Shown: one piece after another, positions 61,985 through 64,000 of the stretch | How the letters are laid out: every line of letters starts with the position of its first letter | Numbering within the stretch: the first letter of the stretch is position 1 | NCBI GenBank assembly: GCA_963700145.1 | Contig: OY969474.1 | Location: 2,688,001 to 2,752,000, forward strand | From: an uncultured Acidobacteriota bacterium | GTDB taxonomy: Bacteria > Acidobacteriota > Thermoanaerobaculia > Multivoradales > UBA5704 | Length of the DNA: 64,000 nt | Direction: 5' to 3' | Program-made: the position numbers and the translations under genes | Notes under the pieces: generated by a model | What the model saw: the letters and a program-made list of their open reading frames with translations, nothing else | Database searches by the model: none | What the model was told of the DNA's origin: nothing

Positions 61985-63217
61985 ATGCGCCAACGGATCA
62001 CCAAGCGGGCGGTCGATGCCCTGAGACCCACCGATCGGGACGCCTATCTCTGGGACAGTGAGGTCGCCGGCTTCGGCTGCAAGGTGACCCCTGAAGGACG
62101 GAAAGTTTACGTCCTTCAGTACCGACCGCCAGAGCAAGCGGCGAAGCGGAAAACCGCGCCTAGGCGCCTGACGCTCGGCACGCACGGCCAGTTGACGGCA
62201 GAGCGGGCCCGGGAGCTCGCCACCAAGCTTCTCCTTGAGATCCGGTCGGGCCGAGATCCCGCGGCTGCACGTCGCCGCGGAGCGTCGCCAGAAGTTGCCG
62301 AGCTCGCCGAGCGCTTCTTGACCGAGCATCTCCCCGGCAAGAAGCGCCCGCCACGCGCCTCCACCATCGCCAACTACGAGCTTCTCTTCCGCTGTCACGT
62401 GCTACCGGCACTCGGCAAGAAGCGGGTCGACGCGGTGACCACTGCCGATCTCGAGCGGCTTCACACCGCGATGCGCGCCACCCCGTACGTCGCAAACCGC
62501 ACGCTCTCGCTTCTGCAGCAGGCCTTCGACCAGGCCGAGCGATGGGGCTGGCGCCCGCAGCACTCGAACCCCGCGCTCCACATCGAGCGCTACCGCGAGG
62601 AGCGCCGCGGGGCACGCAAGGAGGTCATGCTCACCTCGGCGCAAATGGCGAGCCTTCTTGCGGCCATCGACGCCGAAGAGGAAACCGAGGGGGCGAACGC
62701 GGCCGCCTGCGCGGCACTCCGCGTCACATTCTGGACCGGGTGGCGGATCGGCGAAGTCCTCGCCCTTCAGTGGTCGAACCTCGACCTAACTTGCGGTAGG
62801 GCGCGGCTCCTTCTGACGAAAACCGCGGCGGAAGAATACCGGCAGCTGCCGGCGGAGGCCATTGCGGTCCTCGAAGGCATCCCGCGCGTCGCCGTCTGCT
62901 CCTACGTCTTCCCCGGCCAGGACCTCACAGGGCATCTCACCACAGTCCGCAAGGCGTGGGCGCGCATCCGCCGGCGCGCGGGCCTCGACAACCTCGACCA
63001 GCTCGGCGGCTTCCGGGTCCACGATCTGCGGCACAACGTCGTGAGCTGGGACGTCTCCCGCGGCGTTGCTCTGGAGATCGCAGGCAAGAACGTTGGCCAC
63101 CGCTCACGCCGCTCGACCGAGGTCTATGCGCACTTTGCACCGGATGCCTTGAAGCGCGCGGCCGATGAGCGCGCCGCGGCAATGCGGGCTGCTATGGAAG
63201 GAGAGGCAACCCCCTGA
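61985..63217 (+). CDS. Tyrosine integrase with arm-binding domain (P4-like)
   Basis: WDSEVAGFG...LTLG arm domain; catalytic WRIGE, HDLRH, VGH, VYAH. Confidence 0.92.
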   Translation: MRQRITKRAVDALRPTDRDAYLWDSEVAGFGCKVTPEGRKVYVLQYRPPEQAAKRKTAPRRLTLGTHGQLTAERARELATKLLLEIRSGRDPAAARRRGASPEVAELAERFLTEHLPGKKRPPRASTIANYELLFRCHVLPALGKKRVDAVTTADLERLHTAMRATPYVANRTLSLLQQAFDQAERWGWRPQHSNPALHIERYREERRGARKEVMLTSAQMASLLAAIDAEEETEGANAAACAALRVTFWTGWRIGEVLALQWSNLDLTCGRARLLLTKTAAEEYRQLPAEAIAVLEGIPRVAVCSYVFPGQDLTGHLTTVRKAWARIRRRAGLDNLDQLGGFRVHDLRHNVVSWDVSRGVALEIAGKNVGHRSRRSTEVYAHFAPDALKRAADERAAAMRAAMEGEATP

Positions 63218-63277
63218 CCGAGTTGAGCGCAGGTGTGCAGAGTTTAATCCTCATCCGGCCACGGGCTGACTGAGGAG

Positions 63278-63637
63278 ATGTCTTGGGAGGAAGGGGGATC
63301 TGTGCCGAGAAAGCCATCGGTGGATTCGATGAGCATGCAGCGGAAGTCGACGCGCCGAGTGCGCGCCTTCCGACACCGCCATGAAGAGAATTTCCAGAGA
63401 GTAGAGGTTCGCTTATCGGTCGCCGAGGTAAGCAAGTTACACGCGACCGCTAAGCGCTGGCGGTGTCCTCGACAGGAAGTTCTGCGACTGGCGATCACCA
63501 CGCTAGAGCCGGTGTTTGCGAAGAACCTTTCGAAGGACGTCTCCATGCAGATCCTCGCGCGACTCCGGGACCACCTTCTCGATCCGACAAGACCGTTAGT
63601 TTCCGGAAACGCTCCCGGAAACCGTCAGCAGAGGTAA
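63278..63637 (+). CDS. Hypothetical protein, possibly DNA-binding (RHH-like)
   Basis: GAGGAG upstream; RVEVRLSVAE...RQEVLRLAI. Confidence 0.4.
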   Translation: MSWEEGGSVPRKPSVDSMSMQRKSTRRVRAFRHRHEENFQRVEVRLSVAEVSKLHATAKRWRCPRQEVLRLAITTLEPVFAKNLSKDVSMQILARLRDHLLDPTRPLVSGNAPGNRQQR

Positions 63638-63722
63638 ACGGCATAGAGTCAATAGGTTATTCCTGTAGTCACCGCACTGTTACCCCAGACAGACCAGGAT
63701 ATCGGCGATAGGAGAACCACTT

Positions 63723-63827
63723 ATGGCCAAACAACAACTCTCCCGTGCCGATCTGGTAGAAGCACTCTTGGTGGTAGTCGGGGCATTAGCATCAGTGGTT
63801 GCCCTAGCCCTTATGTTGGCGGGCTAA
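63723..63827 (+). CDS. 34-aa hydrophobic single-TM peptide
   Basis: AGGAG RBS 8 nt upstream; MAKQQLSRADLVEALLVVVGALASVVALALMLAG. Confidence 0.45.
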   Translation: MAKQQLSRADLVEALLVVVGALASVVALALMLAG

Positions 63828-64000
63828 CCGCGCCATGTTGGGAACAGCTATTCCCGATTCCAGGAAGCGCTGGGGTTGTCCCTCCCGCTGTTGAAAGAGC
63901 AATGAGGTGAAGGCGGCTCCTCGGCCCACCTGATCGAGAATCGGGTTGGTCGAATAACCGGCCCCGCCAGGGGGCCAAGGAGCCGTGATGAAGACGAGAG

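Noticed and set aside
63985-64000. Possible gene start (AAGGAG then GTG/ATG) at the window end
   Set aside because: Only a few codons are visible, so it cannot be supported.

Overview
Very GC-rich bacterial chromosome segment, probably Acidobacteriota (Thermoanaerobaculia-like). The taxon is inferred from the GTCATCCTGAGCGAAGCGAAGGATCT REP family, the pilT-pilC-pilS-pilR block and the 'GRFxVxVxW...FWFF...NxELxVKxLDGR' C-terminal domains. Left to right: glycogen/trehalose genes (partial debranching enzyme, treZ); addA/addB; an ABC exporter; an accessory block (DinB, two MazF-type TA pairs, an 11 x 21-bp palindromic array upstream of a small coiled-coil gene, a 1004-aa Zn-phospholipase-C-like protein, an EF-hand protein, an AAA ATPase); type IV pilus genes; a lower-GC cassette with a type-3 copper protein and a CHRD protein; a beta-propeller and XdhC; a surface glycosylation locus (two SAM methyltransferases, a GT-C protein, two YfhO-like proteins); a matrixin-FN3 protease; moeA; a MacA/MacB-like pair; an HtrA protease; tRNA-Sec; blaR1/blaI; DUF1501/DUF1800; a receiver-GAF-DUF4388 operon; a PIN TA pair; and the edge of an integrative element (tRNA-Ala 3' fragment plus tyrosine integrase). 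The most unusual signals are non-coding. One is a dispersed ~165-bp repeat in four copies whose stems differ in sequence but keep base pairing, each copy lying just upstream of a leftward gene's -10 box (one precedes tRNA-Sec). The other is the phased 21-bp palindrome array with its small downstream gene. All calls come from reading motifs by eye; no database searches were run.
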